Source of the DNA: Eledone cirrhosa | Taxonomy: Eukaryota | NCBI GenBank assembly: GCA_964016885.1 | Contig: OZ024740.1 | Coordinates: 376,278,001 to 376,342,000, forward strand | Direction: 5' to 3' | DNA: 64,000 bases | Part shown: piece after piece, positions 44,575 to 56,506 of the stretch | Layout: every line of letters starts with the position of its first letter | Numbering within the stretch: position 1 is the stretch's first letter | Position numbers and translations under genes: made by a program | The notes under the pieces: generated by a model | What the model saw: the letters and a program-made list of their open reading frames with translations, nothing else | Told to the model about the DNA's origin: nothing | Database searches by the model: none

Positions 44575-45274
44575 CGTATGTGTATGTGTCTTTATATCCG
44601 TGTTTTTTACATCTAGATTTTATGTTTTGCTCCTTTTTTCATCTCCCCCTTTTTTTACTTACTCATTTTTATGCGTGTGCATGCAAAGCGGTCAATATGC
44701 GTGAGTGTAAGTATGTGTGTGTGTGTGTGTGTGTGTACGTATCGAACGTATGGATGTGTAAGTGTGTGTGTGTATATAAGCATGTATATTTTTGCGTTTC
44801 TTTTGTGAGATATACGTGTGTGTGTATGTATGTTTGTCTTCTTTTCTTTAATTTTTTCTTTCTAAATTATTGTTCCATTTTTATAAATATATCGACATTG
44901 ATACTTTCCTTTAATTATTACACTCCCTTACCTCTTTCACTTCCGCATCTAAGTGAATGTGTATGTAGGTGTGTTTATGCGCGTGCCTTCATACTCTTAT
45001 GATGTATCTATTCTGTCTGTAGATTACAGACATACAGATACATTTGCCCTAAATTATACATTTACGTACACTTTTTCACTATACGTATACATATGTGCAT
45101 ACACATATATGCACATCTGTGAGCGTATATACATATATATACACACACCTAACTATATTTCTTGAAAGATTATTATATATTTCATATTCTAATTCATTTG
45201 TCTATATCTTTTTTTTTTTTTTTTTTTTTTGCTTTTCTTGATGAGACTTTCCAAGTATTTACCCATGTTTTATA

Positions 45275-45354
45275 TTGCCTCGTCTGACGAACGAACGAAT
45301 GAAGACGTTTCTTTCGTATTCGCCTCATTCGGGAAACCTCTGGTAATGAGGTAA
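45275..45354 (+). ncRNA. Type I HHR at the end of that PLE's 3' pLTR
   Basis: ttgcctcgt-CTGACGA-acgaa...ttcgg-GAAA-cc.tct.gg-TA-atgaggtaa; 9-bp stem I. Confidence 0.8.
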
Positions 45355-45452
45355 TTATATTGTATTGATTTTTATACATTAAATTTTGCTCTGATACTTA
45401 CATAGAGCACTCTTCACTTCTATGACCTTTTCTGTTTTCAACGGAAATTTCA

Positions 45453-45500
<48 letters not shown>

Positions 45501-45506
<6 letters not shown>

Positions 45507-46750
45507 ACAGGAGGCTAGGCTGGACTGGTGTAAATTCTTGAAAGGTTTATAATACTCATTTCAATGACGGGGCTCCATATGAATCCGGTGATATCATCAG
45601 GTATTGGAATATAACAAAGGAATATGTAAAAAACCATGGGTCCGAAAAATCAGAGACAGAGACAAAGAGGACGACGGACCAACTAGCTGCTTTCACCACG
45701 GCCACTCGCCCTCAAAATGATGGCAACTCAATCTACTAATGGCCATCTGGTGAGGGGGCGATGGCTTATAATGCACTACCACCTCTCCGTCAAAGAAAAA
45801 GAGTAAGAAAGAAAGAAAGAAAGAAAGGAAGAAAAGAGGAAGAAAGAAGTCAGCGTAAGGGTCACACTACAGTCATGCTAGAAAACGCCGCGAAAAATGC
45901 TACTCCAAAGAATCTATATTTAACAAAGGCATATATAATGGGTGTCTGTATGGTCTAATGTGTGAACCGAAAATGGGAACGTTAAATTTATGTTACGAGT
46001 TATAGGATGAAATTAAATAAAAAAATATTAAATTGCAAAATGATAAATAAATTATTAGAAAATTAAAGGTTAAGGTAGCGAGATTTATATAATGAACTTA
46101 CAGAGAGAGTCTTATATGAAAAAGTTAATATTGATAAGATATCAGGATGGGATATAGAGTAAAGATTTCGATTGTGAATCCCAGCCACACCTCCTAACCA
46201 CTAGTCAGCCGGTTACGAGTGGTATCGTCCAGCGAAAGAAATGGAAATTAATTTTTCCGAGTACTCTAGGAACGTAGCTACCTTAGGCCCCGGGAGCGCT
46301 AGCGGGAAGTCTACAATTTCGACAAGCCATCGTCTATACCAAATGTATATTATTAATTCACACATGAGGGTTTTTTTTACGTGCCAGTAGAGGCATGATA
46401 CAGCTAACAGTTATGCCTAAGCCTGGAGTTTATAGGTATAAGTATAATATGGCGGCCAAAACAGGCGGCGCGGTGGGACCGGGACAAAGTATCCGCTCCG
46501 AGTAATTTCGTTTACCGAAAGAGGAGAAATTTATTTTTCCAAGCACTCGAGGAAGGCTGAACTTTCCGAGTACCCACACCAGTCCAGCCTCCTGTTATTT
46601 TATTTATAATTAACTCCGTATTCGCAACACCAAGTACGCAAACGAAGACGGGTGAACTGCACTACGTTGAGTACTCTCCACAATATCACACCAAAATTGA
46701 CCATACGGAATGACCAACTCTATCCAATGGTGAACCAACAAACCTAAAGT
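45501..46750. mobile_element. pLTR-like element with a short inverted terminus and tail; HHR remnant at 45551-45605 (minus)
   Basis: aaaataacaggaggct..ggactggtg is inverted to 46577-46601; homologous to 58245-58430. Confidence 0.65.
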
Positions 46751-46773
46751 TATATATATATATACATATATAT

Positions 46774-47759
46774 ACATTATGAAGAGAGAAGAAACATTTA
46801 GATATAATTAGTAATAAAATGTATCATACCTAAACTGCTCCTAAATTCCTCGACTACGTAGTTTCGTGGCATAAACAAAAACAATATATCATAAAGATAT
46901 AGAGTCCTTGCGAGGTCTGCCGACTTATCAAGAGGATACCTCATTTTACTAGTCTCAAGAACGCGTCTACACGACGTGAGAAAGAATCCCAAAAGGCGGA
47001 GGGGGAGATAGTCACGCGATATAACGGTCGAGAAACAGAGCTAAGCCTCTTATAACCCCGAAGAAAATACCACGGAGGCGGAGGGGGTATTTATATCGAG
47101 GCCGCAGAAGAGCATGTATATATGTGTGTGTCCGCATGTATCTGTGTGTTTCTAAATATATTGTTAATAACTCCCTCTGGTCGAGCAATCTTTGAAGTGT
47201 GGGGACAGCTGGAAAGCTTCCATTACTCATACTTCTCGCCTTCTTCACCACCTCTTCTGCGGCCTCGATATAAATACCCCCTCCGCCTCCGTGGTATTTT
47301 CTTCGGGGTTATAAGAGGCTTAGCTCTGTTTCTCGACCGTTATATCGCGTGACTATCTCCCCCTCCGCCTTTTGGGATTCTTTCTCACGTCGTGTAGACG
47401 CGTTCTTGAGACTAGTAAAATGAGGTATCCTCTTGATAAGTCGGCAGACCTCGCAAGGACTCTATATCTTTATGATATATTGTTTTTGTTTATGCCACGA
47501 AACTACGTAGTCGAGGAATTTAGGAGCAGTTTAGGTATGATACATTTTATTACTAATTATATCTAAATGTTTCTTCTCTCTTCATAATGTATTTTTAACT
47601 CTGATACTGGTTCAGTCTAGTTCAACTGAATTGGTCTGTCCCAGTCATTCATTGAGCAACATCGGTGAAATTGGCACCCTTAACTCACAGTTGGGTGCGG
47701 ATGCATTCATGTATATATGTGTGTGTCCGCATGTATCTGTGTGTTTCTAAATATATTGT

Positions 47760-47761
<2 letters not shown>
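46774..47761 (+). mobile_element. Non-coding HHR unit (R3), period 595 bp, with a ~338-bp near-perfect inverted arm
   Basis: 46774-47111 is inverted to 47252-47591; 47113-47166 is repeated at 47708-47761. Confidence 0.85.
47428..47517 (+). ncRNA. HHR with altered core TTGATAA (mirror copy at 46847-46936 on the minus strand)
   Basis: tcctc-TTGATAA-gtcggca...tgccac-GAAA-ctacgtag-TC-gagga. Confidence 0.7.
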
Positions 47762-47789
<28 letters not shown>

Positions 47790-47793
<4 letters not shown>

Positions 47794-47980
47794 AAACAGT
47801 ATGACCCCGACGGCAGAGCTCAAGCCGTTTCGACGGCTATTTCTGGACTGAATAGCCGTCGAAACGGCTTGAGCTCTGCCGTCGGTGTCATACTTTTTCT
47901 TATTTCCCACTATACTACCCATATGTATTGAGTACTCTGGTGCGTTATGGTCCATCTGGTTCCTTACCACAATCCCTTTG

Positions 47981-47981
<1 letters not shown>
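47790..47981 (+). mobile_element. Fold-back family F1, copy C
   Basis: Hairpin 47790-47902 containing GAAA-cggc...gccg-TC, plus the conserved tail. Confidence 0.85.
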
Positions 47982-48060
<79 letters not shown>

Positions 48061-48485
48061 ATACAGAGAAAGAGACAGAGAGAGAGAAAGAGACAGAGAG
48101 AAAGAGAGAGAAATAAAGAGAAGCAGAGAGAGGTAGAGAGATAGGGAGGAGACAACGTGACATAAACACTTTGCTAAGTAAATCCTAAACCGACGGTAGT
48201 CGGTTTAGTAATATTGTTGTCTTAGTGATTTCGTTGGCAATCGTCTCTTTACAGCATTATTAGAATGTCTTCCGATTATCAAAATCACATGAAAGTTATA
48301 TGAGCATGGAGAGTAAATCATTGCACATCTCTTAAGCTAAAAATCTCGAAATTTCGTTCAGCACAAAAAAAGTTATGATCAAAGTTTGCTGAAAAAAACT
48401 GTGTTCAAGTGAGTAAGTGAGTGAGTAAGGGTGACGCTCTGTGCATTTGATGCATCTCTTGGGACCGGTCAGAGGAGGATAAGGG

Positions 48486-49053
48486 GTTATTCGGGGTGCG
48501 GCGCTTATTCGAACCCTCCCCCAGTGACTGCGATTATTCGGGGTGAGACGCTTATTCGAACCCCCCCCCCGCTTATTCGAACCCTCCCCCCAGTGACTGC
48601 GATTATTCGGGGTGCGGCGCTTATTCGAACCCTCCCCCCAGTGACTGCGGTTATTCGGGGTGCGGCGCTTATTCGAACCCTCCCCCCAGTGACTGCGATT
48701 ATTCGGGGTGCGGCGCTTATTCGAACCCTCCCCCCAGTGACTGCGGTTATTCGGGGTGCGGCGCTTATTCGAACCCTCCCCCAGTGACTGCGATTATTCG
48801 GGGTGAGGCGCTTATTCGAACCCCCCCCCCCCCCCCCCCCACAGTGACTGCGGTTATTCGGGGTGCGGCGCTTATTCGAACCCCCCCCCCCCCCACAGTG
48901 ACTGCGATTATTCGGGGTGAGGCGCTTATTCGAACCCTCCCCCAGTGACTGCTGTTATTTGGGGTGAGGGTCTTATTCGAACCCCCCCTAGTGACTGCGG
49001 TTATTCGGGGTGCGGTGGTTATTTGAACCCCCCCCCCCAGTGACTGCGGTTAT
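48486..49053. repeat. GC-rich minisatellite, ~48-bp unit, about 11-12 copies
   Basis: ttattcggggtgcggcgcttattcgaaccctcccccagtgactgcg repeated. Confidence 0.95.
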
Positions 49054-49379
49054 TTTTTTGAATTTGAATTTTAAATGTTGATACAATGTGGCAGTAAACA
49101 TTAATCATTGAGCTAATTAGGAGCTATTATGTTCTCCTATCTCGCGATAAGTGGTCACACGTTGCAAACTAGTTGAGGTTGTCTTCTATTTATATTCAAA
49201 TGAGTAATCACTCACTGCATTGTTCTCTTTCAAAGCAGTCGCTGATTGATATACTAGAAATTCAGAAAATCATTTGGATTTGTACTAATAGTTGTGAATA
49301 GTTGTGCTATTTTTTGTACCGATAGGTGCGAGTAGTGAACTCATTTGCGATAGGTGCGAATAGTGTGCTCATTTGACAT

Positions 49380-50042
49380 ATGAAAATGACGTCTCTCGGC
49401 TTTTTTATCGGCTTATTTATTTTGACTATTACAAATGAAAAATTTGTTTCCCTGCAAAAGTCTCGCCAAAATGGTCGCAAAAAAAATCGCAAAAGGTCAC
49501 TTCATACGTTTCGCGGCTTTCGAAAAAAGTCACCATATACGTTTCGCGGCTTTTTGATCGGCTTATTACTTTTTTGCCTGGCGCGAAAATGCAATATTTC
49601 CATTTCGAATGAAACAATTCCACAATCGGGCAATTCGAATGATGAAATTCACATTCAGGCGGCTTTTTACAAATCCAATAAACGAATTTACCCGATTTCC
49701 AATCAGAAATATAGAACACGTGCACTGATCTTATCATTGCTTATTATCGGTTGTGTTGAATTAAATCCTGGACCTGAATTTGAATTCAATGAGACTGATA
49801 GTGCTTCCGAATGTCCCAAAGATCAAAAAATTCATAAAGAGAATGAAAAACGGAGAAAAAATGCCATTAGGAATAGGGAGTATAAAAAACGGAAAGCTGC
49901 TGAAATAAAAGAAAAAAGACAATCAGAACAAGCAAAACATATGAATAATGCATACCAAAAAGCGCGTGAAGAAAATACAAAAATCCAAAAAAAATTATCA
50001 TGTGAAAAATTGACAAAAAATCGACAAAAATGGCGTGCGTGA
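49380..50042 (+). CDS. Putative transposon ORF N-terminus with a 2A-like motif and a charged helical region
   Basis: RALILSLLIIGCVELNPGP followed by a Lys/Arg/Glu-rich segment; runs into the tandem repeats. Confidence 0.5.
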   Translation: MKMTSLGFFIGLFILTITNEKFVSLQKSRQNGRKKNRKRSLHTFRGFRKKSPYTFRGFLIGLLLFCLARKCNISISNETIPQSGNSNDEIHIQAAFYKSNKRIYPISNQKYRTRALILSLLIIGCVELNPGPEFEFNETDSASECPKDQKIHKENEKRRKNAIRNREYKKRKAAEIKEKRQSEQAKHMNNAYQKAREENTKIQKKLSCEKLTKNRQKWRA

Positions 50043-50584
50043 AGAAAATCCAAAAATCCAAAAAAAAATTATCATGTGAAAAATTGACAAAAAATCGACA
50101 AAAATGGCGCGCGTGAAAAAAAATCAAAAAAACCCCAAAAAATTTGCATGTGAAAAATTGACAAAAAATCGACCAAAAATGGCGCGCGTGAAAAAAATCC
50201 CAAAAAAATTTGCATGTGAAAATTGATATTTGCCTTCTATTGCATTAGAATTTGTCATGTTTATGAATAATGCATACCAAAAAGCGCGTGAAGAAAATAC
50301 AAAAATACAAAAAAAATTATCATGTGAAAAATTGACAAAAAATCGACAAAAATGGCGTGCGTGAAGAAAATCCAAAAATCCAAAAAAAAATTATCATGTG
50401 AAAAATTGACAAAAAATCGACAAAAATGGCGCGCGTGAAAAAAAATCAAAAAAACCCAAAAAAATTTGCATGTGAAAAATTGACAAAAAATCGACCAAAA
50501 ATGGCGCGCGTGAAAAAAATCCCCAAAAAATTTGCATGTGAAAATTGATATTTGCCTTCTATTGCATTAGAATTTGTCATGTTT
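49942..50584. repeat. ~322-bp tandem duplication built from ~70-bp A-rich subrepeats
   Basis: atgaataatgcatacc...gtcatgttta occurs twice; subunit catgtgaaaaattgacaaaaaatcgac. Confidence 0.9.
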
Positions 50585-51013
50585 AATTAAAATGTTATTT
50601 TCAACTAAATGCAAATGGTGCAAATTTGCTCCATTTAGATTCAGTTGTTAATGCTCACCTACTAATTTAAAAAAATTGTATTTTCTTAAATGACTCTTAT
50701 TTATCATAAGTTAATATTTTTAAGATAGGTGAGTGCTCCACGATCTGACCTATGTCCCCGCCATGTGGAGTGGATGCTTGTACCAATTAGATAAAATATC
50801 TCAACTTATTTCTGTGACTCCAATGCACAGGCTGACACTGTAGCTTGAATTAAATTCAAAATTGGTACAAGTAACTAAGAGGTCACAAAAGAATAGCTTC
50901 ACTTTCACCTATAGTTTTCATTAACATCATTTTTGGGATTTTTTGATAGAAGTAACTAAAGTAATAACTATTTAATTAAGTAGTTGTTGTTTGCATTGCC
51001 TTGAAAAATAGGA

Positions 51014-52132
51014 AACTAGCTAGAAAAATGCGTACAGCAAAAAAAAGTAATATTGTTGGAACAAACCTTTAAAAATACAGGACAAGGAAGTAAGATAAAC
51101 CTTTAAAAATACAGGACAAAGAACTAAGATAAAACTTTAAAAGAATAGGACAAGGAATATAAATTTTTACAATAATATTAGTGGCAAAAATTTTATTGGA
51201 AAAATAGATAATTGATCAAATAAAAGTGATTTATTTGAGTAACATGAAATTACTTAATGAGAAATATCAATACAATGAAATTGATCCCTGTCTTGTGTTC
51301 CTCCTCCAAGTCCGAGTTGTACCAACTGGTTCATTGGTTCATGAGGAAGTGGGCCAGGAAAAATGTAGGAAAAGTCATCATGGTTCATTTCTGTTCTTCC
51401 CTTCTACTCGAGCCCCCTCAGCGCCTGCATCCCCCAGCTACAATGACTCCCAAATCAACAGTCTGTTGCTCCTGCACCAACGCCTCCACCTCCTCCCCCC
51501 TCGTCGCCTGCTTCAACTTTCATCATTGCTGCGCCAACATGCCCAGTGCTGTCTGGAAGTGGTTCAACGAGTCCGGCGCCGGCTTCACCTGCTTCAAGTG
51601 CTCTCCCAGGAAGAAGCACTCTGCCCTATCCACCTGCCCTTCTACCACTGCCCATGAAGCCAGTCCGGAACCGTCAACCGTGCCTCAAAGTGTCATCGAG
51701 GACCAGCAGGATTCCGAGTCGAACACGGGCCCATTCACCTTGGTCACTCGCCGTCATCGTCCCAGAGTCAAGACCCGTACCCCTCCCTCTCCCCCTCCAG
51801 TTCCTGCTCCGACCCAGTCCGAGTTGCGCCGGGTCATCCGCGAGGAGTTGGACCGGGAAAGATGACAGACAAGTGATCATGGTTGGAGTGGATGCATGCG
51901 GAACATCATAGTTGTAATTGGTGTAATGATGGAAACTCAATTTTTTACCAATTGAATTTTGCCACTAATATTATTGTAAAAATTTATATTCCTTGTCCTA
52001 TTCTTTTAAAGTTTTATCTTAGTTCTTTGTCCTGTATTTTTAAAGGTTTATCTTACTTCCTTGTCCTGTATTTTTAAAGGTTTGTTCCAACAATATTACT
52101 TTTTTTTGCTGTACGCATTTTTCTAGCTAGTT
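51014..52132. mobile_element. Long-TIR (~176 bp) element enclosing a GC-rich LINE ORF1 fragment
   Basis: 51014-51189 is the reverse complement of 51957-52132; the TIRs contain ~33-bp subrepeats. No clear TSD. Confidence 0.8.
51440..51900 (+). pseudogene. PHD finger plus coiled-coil fragment of a CR1/L2-type ORF1
   Basis: VCCSC...ACFNFHHCC...FTCFKC, then LRRVIREELDRER* and, shifted, RQVIMVGV. Confidence 0.6.
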
Positions 52133-52389
52133 AAGACATTCACGGGACGCAAGAACACATTTTCAAATGCAATCACTTTCACGGATAATTAACAAACGTT
52201 TCGGACTAACCGACTATATATATATGGGTGTGGGTGGAGGGTTCTGTGTTTGCCAGTTTGTTCATGCGCGTTGTGGCTTAGTTATATACTGATTCGATAA
52301 AAGTATCCTTTGATAGCGACGTTCACTAAAGGAAGAGAACTTTATTAACAAGCAAAAAAACCGACCCATGTACACATATACTCACAATT

Positions 52390-52449
<60 letters not shown>

Positions 52450-52764
52450 GGAAAAGGATCAAGGATTCAGTGTTGCATCATAATATATTTAATAACATAT
52501 ATATGTTTCACTATCGATCAGCTCGAGGCAAGACCTATTAAAAATCGAAGCTGCCTCTATAATCGAAAAGTCTTCAGATATGCTAATATATGAAATCGTC
52601 TCCGGTCTGAGTGTTCAAATCTCTAGTTATATATATATTTGTGTGTGTGTGTTTAAAAGTTAGAAGAAATAGAAAGATAGATGTGATTAAGAAAAGGATG
52701 AAATAGATTTATTTTACAACTTTATATTTATATGAACAGTTCGTATTGGTCAGCATTACTGTGG

Positions 52765-52944
52765 ATTGGCAGTATCGGTAGAGGGTCGGACGCCATGCTT
52801 TCCAGCATAGTTATGTCCCTTTACGATCTAAGTTCAAATCCCGCCGAGGTTGACTTTGCCTTTCATCCTTACGGGGTCGATAAAATAAAGTACCAGTAAT
52901 GCACTGGGTAATTGCTGGCCTTGTGCCTAAAGTAGAAACAATTA
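52765..52944 (+). mobile_element. tRNA-derived SINE
   Basis: Family head, core and tail. Confidence 0.85.
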
Positions 52945-54042
52945 CTTTAAGATTTTGTTACAAAATTTCTCCTAAAGTAATTTTTACAAATTATTTTCAA
53001 GACACTCATGGACGTGTACGTATTAAACAATATAATACATATGTTGATCACAGATGAATAAATTTGTGTGGATTGATACGAATTCACTTCCTTCGGGAGG
53101 AGATATTTGTAACATCTTGCATATTTTGTCATTTTCACATGCTTAATAATGATAATGCATGGTAATAAATATGGAACTATAAAACTGCTGCTGGTGGCAA
53201 TATAACAAGGAAAATCATATTTTTGCTATTACATTTTATGAAAATAAAGTTTCAAATATGACTCTATCTTGGAGGAAGAAATATTCAGTTATTGACTAAG
53301 TCAACTTGGCACCATATTAAACGTATTTGGGCAAGTGCCTAATTGGTGAACTAATAAATTATTTAACAAGTATCGTTTCTCAACTATATATCGATATATA
53401 TTTAGCAGTTTTACAATTTTGATTGTCACCAATCATATGTATGGACATTTATATTAATCGTTTTCGTGATTTTCTGTTTACATTTCGTTAGTTTACTTCG
53501 TTTAGAAACACATTTGTTATATAAACACTACACATGATTGATGTCATTCAATAAATCAGTTAGTATGTATTTGAGTGTCGATACAACATACTGGATATAA
53601 TAATATCTCTCTACCCAATGATAACTCAGTAGACTCCACTTTCAAATTCCGGCTTTGAAACTGTTGTTAAATAATAAAGTATATATATGGCTTTAATACG
53701 TTCTACCTAAGCATATATTGCAGTTTACTATAACATTATATGTGCAATAAATTGCTGTTTGTATTCGAAAAATATGACTTTGTACTAGAGAAAGTGGGAA
53801 TGGAATGAATACATGCGTAATAGTGTATCTCCGTCCCCTGAAGGATATTTAAATTATATAATTTTGAATTGAAACAAGAAAGCAAAGATAAAAAGTATAC
53901 GAAACCTTATTATTTATTTTTTTCCATTAATTTGATTGAAATATATGATGCAATGAAACTTAAGTCGAACATATATTGAACTGATGTAGAATTTTCAGTG
54001 CTGCATGTATGTTCATTATATTATTAGAACGGTTATATTATT

Positions 54043-54231
54043 AGGGCGGTGAATTGGCAGTATCGGTGGAGGGTCGGACATGCTTTCCAGCATAGGTACG
54101 TCCCCTTACGATCTGAATTCAAATCCTGCCGAGGTTAACTTTGCCTTTCATCCTTACGGGGTCGATAAAATAAAGTACCAGTAACCTACTAGGTAATTGC
54201 TGGCCTTGTGCCAAATGTAGAAACAATTATA
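54043..54231 (+). mobile_element. tRNA-derived SINE
   Basis: Begins gggcggtgaattggcagtatcgg; family core. Confidence 0.85.
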
Positions 54232-54789
54232 ATATTAGAACTTGTTACGTTTATTATAAATACAATTATTTGAACATGCTATATAATCCAAACTGTATTA
54301 ACAATTTGTTGGAATGGTTTGCCATTGTATTTGCTATGATTTGTGTATGTTTATTCATATTAATGATAATTGATATACTGAATTAGATTTTGACCTAAGG
54401 CTTGGAAAAAAATATGGAAAAGATATAGTTTATCCATTTGCAGGGATAATATTTTCCAGTTTGTACTATTATAAAGGATATCTACATTTGTATAGGTTCT
54501 CTGCGCTTTTACATATTGGGTCAAGTTATAATAATCATTTTATTGACAACTGCATTATGGTATACGGTTAAGTAGTTTTACTAGCAATCTCACTGTCAAA
54601 GTCAACAGCACAATTTCCATCATTGTTCACGTAATCAAAAGGAATGTTGTATTACTTTTTAAGTGATTGAAATGGAACCATAATATAACTTTGACATTAA
54701 TATTATGATACCACTGAAAACATAATGTATTAAAAGGTGATTGCATGAAACGAATAGTAACACATATTAAAATAAAATAAATATTTCAT

Positions 54790-56080
54790 GTCTTTACATG
54801 TTTACCACCTGCTTCAATGCATCTCCACTTACATGTAGTGTACACTGCGTAGGATTCCTCAAGATGAGGAGTGTCTCAACCATCACAGCAATTAATTTCA
54901 TTCCAACCGTGCAGCACTCGGCATCAACCATATCAAGTGCATATCGGATTTCATGTTCCGACCTGTTAAGTAATACTAGGTTGTTTGTAGATCCAGTCGA
55001 ATGAGCCTACGCAATTCAGTCGTAATAAAAACCACCAACGCGGCTGCTTGTGTTAAGCCGGTTCATGATGATTATGAACAGGGGAGGAGACAGATGACAC
55101 ACTTAGCGGAGTCCGACTCCCCTACTGAATGGTTTCGATTTAGCACCTTTTATCCGAACACTCACACTCAGGAACTCGTATACAGACGTCTAGGCAACAA
55201 GAAGCTGTCCATTGATACCATTCTCTCGCAGATATTTCCACAGCACATCCCGTGAAATAAGGTCATATAACACTTCAATGTTTATGAAGTAAGAATACAT
55301 ATCTTGGCAGTACTCCCACGATTCCTGAAAGAACTGCCGCACTTTGAATATTTGGTCGGCTGTGCTGCGTCCGGAGCGAATACTGCACTGTTCATCAGTT
55401 ATCTTGGTCACGACAATCTCCCTACATCTCTTTGCCAGACACTTAGCCTAGACTTTAGAGGTGAGGTTTAACAAGGAGATCCCAATTTAATTGAAACAAT
55501 CTCTCTTTTCTCCCTTTTTGAAAATTGGCGTTATCACTCCCGTTGTCATTGCTTAGTGTGTACCATTGTTTAGTGTGTACCGGTTGTCGCTTTTCTAAGA
55601 AGTGTAGAGAAGGGCTTCCTATAACGAAGTCGGTGAATCGTTTACGAGATCTCTATATTTGCAGATCTGAAGTCGGATTTCAGGATATCCCCAAAGTGCT
55701 CGCATGTCCTAAATTTGGATGACTTATTGTATCTGCTCCGACCTTTCAAACCTGCTTGCACTGCAAGTCCAAGAAGGAGGACTTATTTTCAGGCCTCTTT
55801 CTGTGTGCAGATGTTATCCTTCACCTTTTGCTTGTACCAAGTACTCTTCCTGCCACCCGGTGCAACATCACACGGAAACAGAAACTACTGAGCTGAACAC
55901 TCTGCAATCTGTGTCAACATCAATAGTTTGCGTGCTCAAGTTCTCTGAATTTGGATGCAATAGTATTCGCCTATCTGGTCCTGACTTACTTATCCACCAA
56001 CGATTCCTACTTTATCGTGTAGCCCGATCTGGATCTGCCGTGGTTTGACATTAGGTAGTCTTAAGATGCAGATACCTAGA
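54790..56080 (-). pseudogene. Decayed RTE-clade LINE RT
   Basis: EQCSIRSGRSTADQIFKVRQ...WEY...YDLISRDVLW. Confidence 0.75.
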
Positions 56081-56372
56081 TAGTGTGTACCATTTAAAAT
56101 TCAACTCACTGTATTATATATATCGTTTGTTACATATAGCTTTGTATTAAAATAAGTCAAGTTGTCGTAATTAATAAAGAATATGTTACCAAACCGAAGT
56201 TTACTCGTGGAGATATGTAGTAATTAACACATTAGATTCTTGATAAGTCTCAATGCCTGTCCCATGTACTGAGGCTTTCTCTTGTGGTATTGTACAGGAT
56301 ATAAGGTTGAAGGAAACTGATATCCTGCTGTTGATGATCGTACCTAATTATGTATTTTTATATGTATGTACG

Positions 56373-56449
<77 letters not shown>

Positions 56450-56506
56450 GAGATTTTATAGTAATAAAATATATGGAACTTTTTTAACCATCTTTTAATT
56501 TCTTAT

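Larger units (their letters stand above)
48183..52216. mobile_element. Helentron/HINE (DINE-1-like) rolling-circle element
   Basis: Terminal hairpin ctaaaccgac-ggta-gtcggtttag, a related motif ctaaccgacta at ~52206, a (GTGA)n microsatellite and central tandem repeats. Boundaries are inferred. Confidence 0.5.

Noticed and set aside
46798-47566. Duplicated 64-aa ORF on opposite strands
   Set aside because: A consequence of the inverted repeat; no coding signature.
48431-49053. CRISPR-like regular repeats and a repetitive ORF
   Set aside because: The units are contiguous with no unique spacers and no cas genes, in a eukaryotic context; this is a minisatellite.
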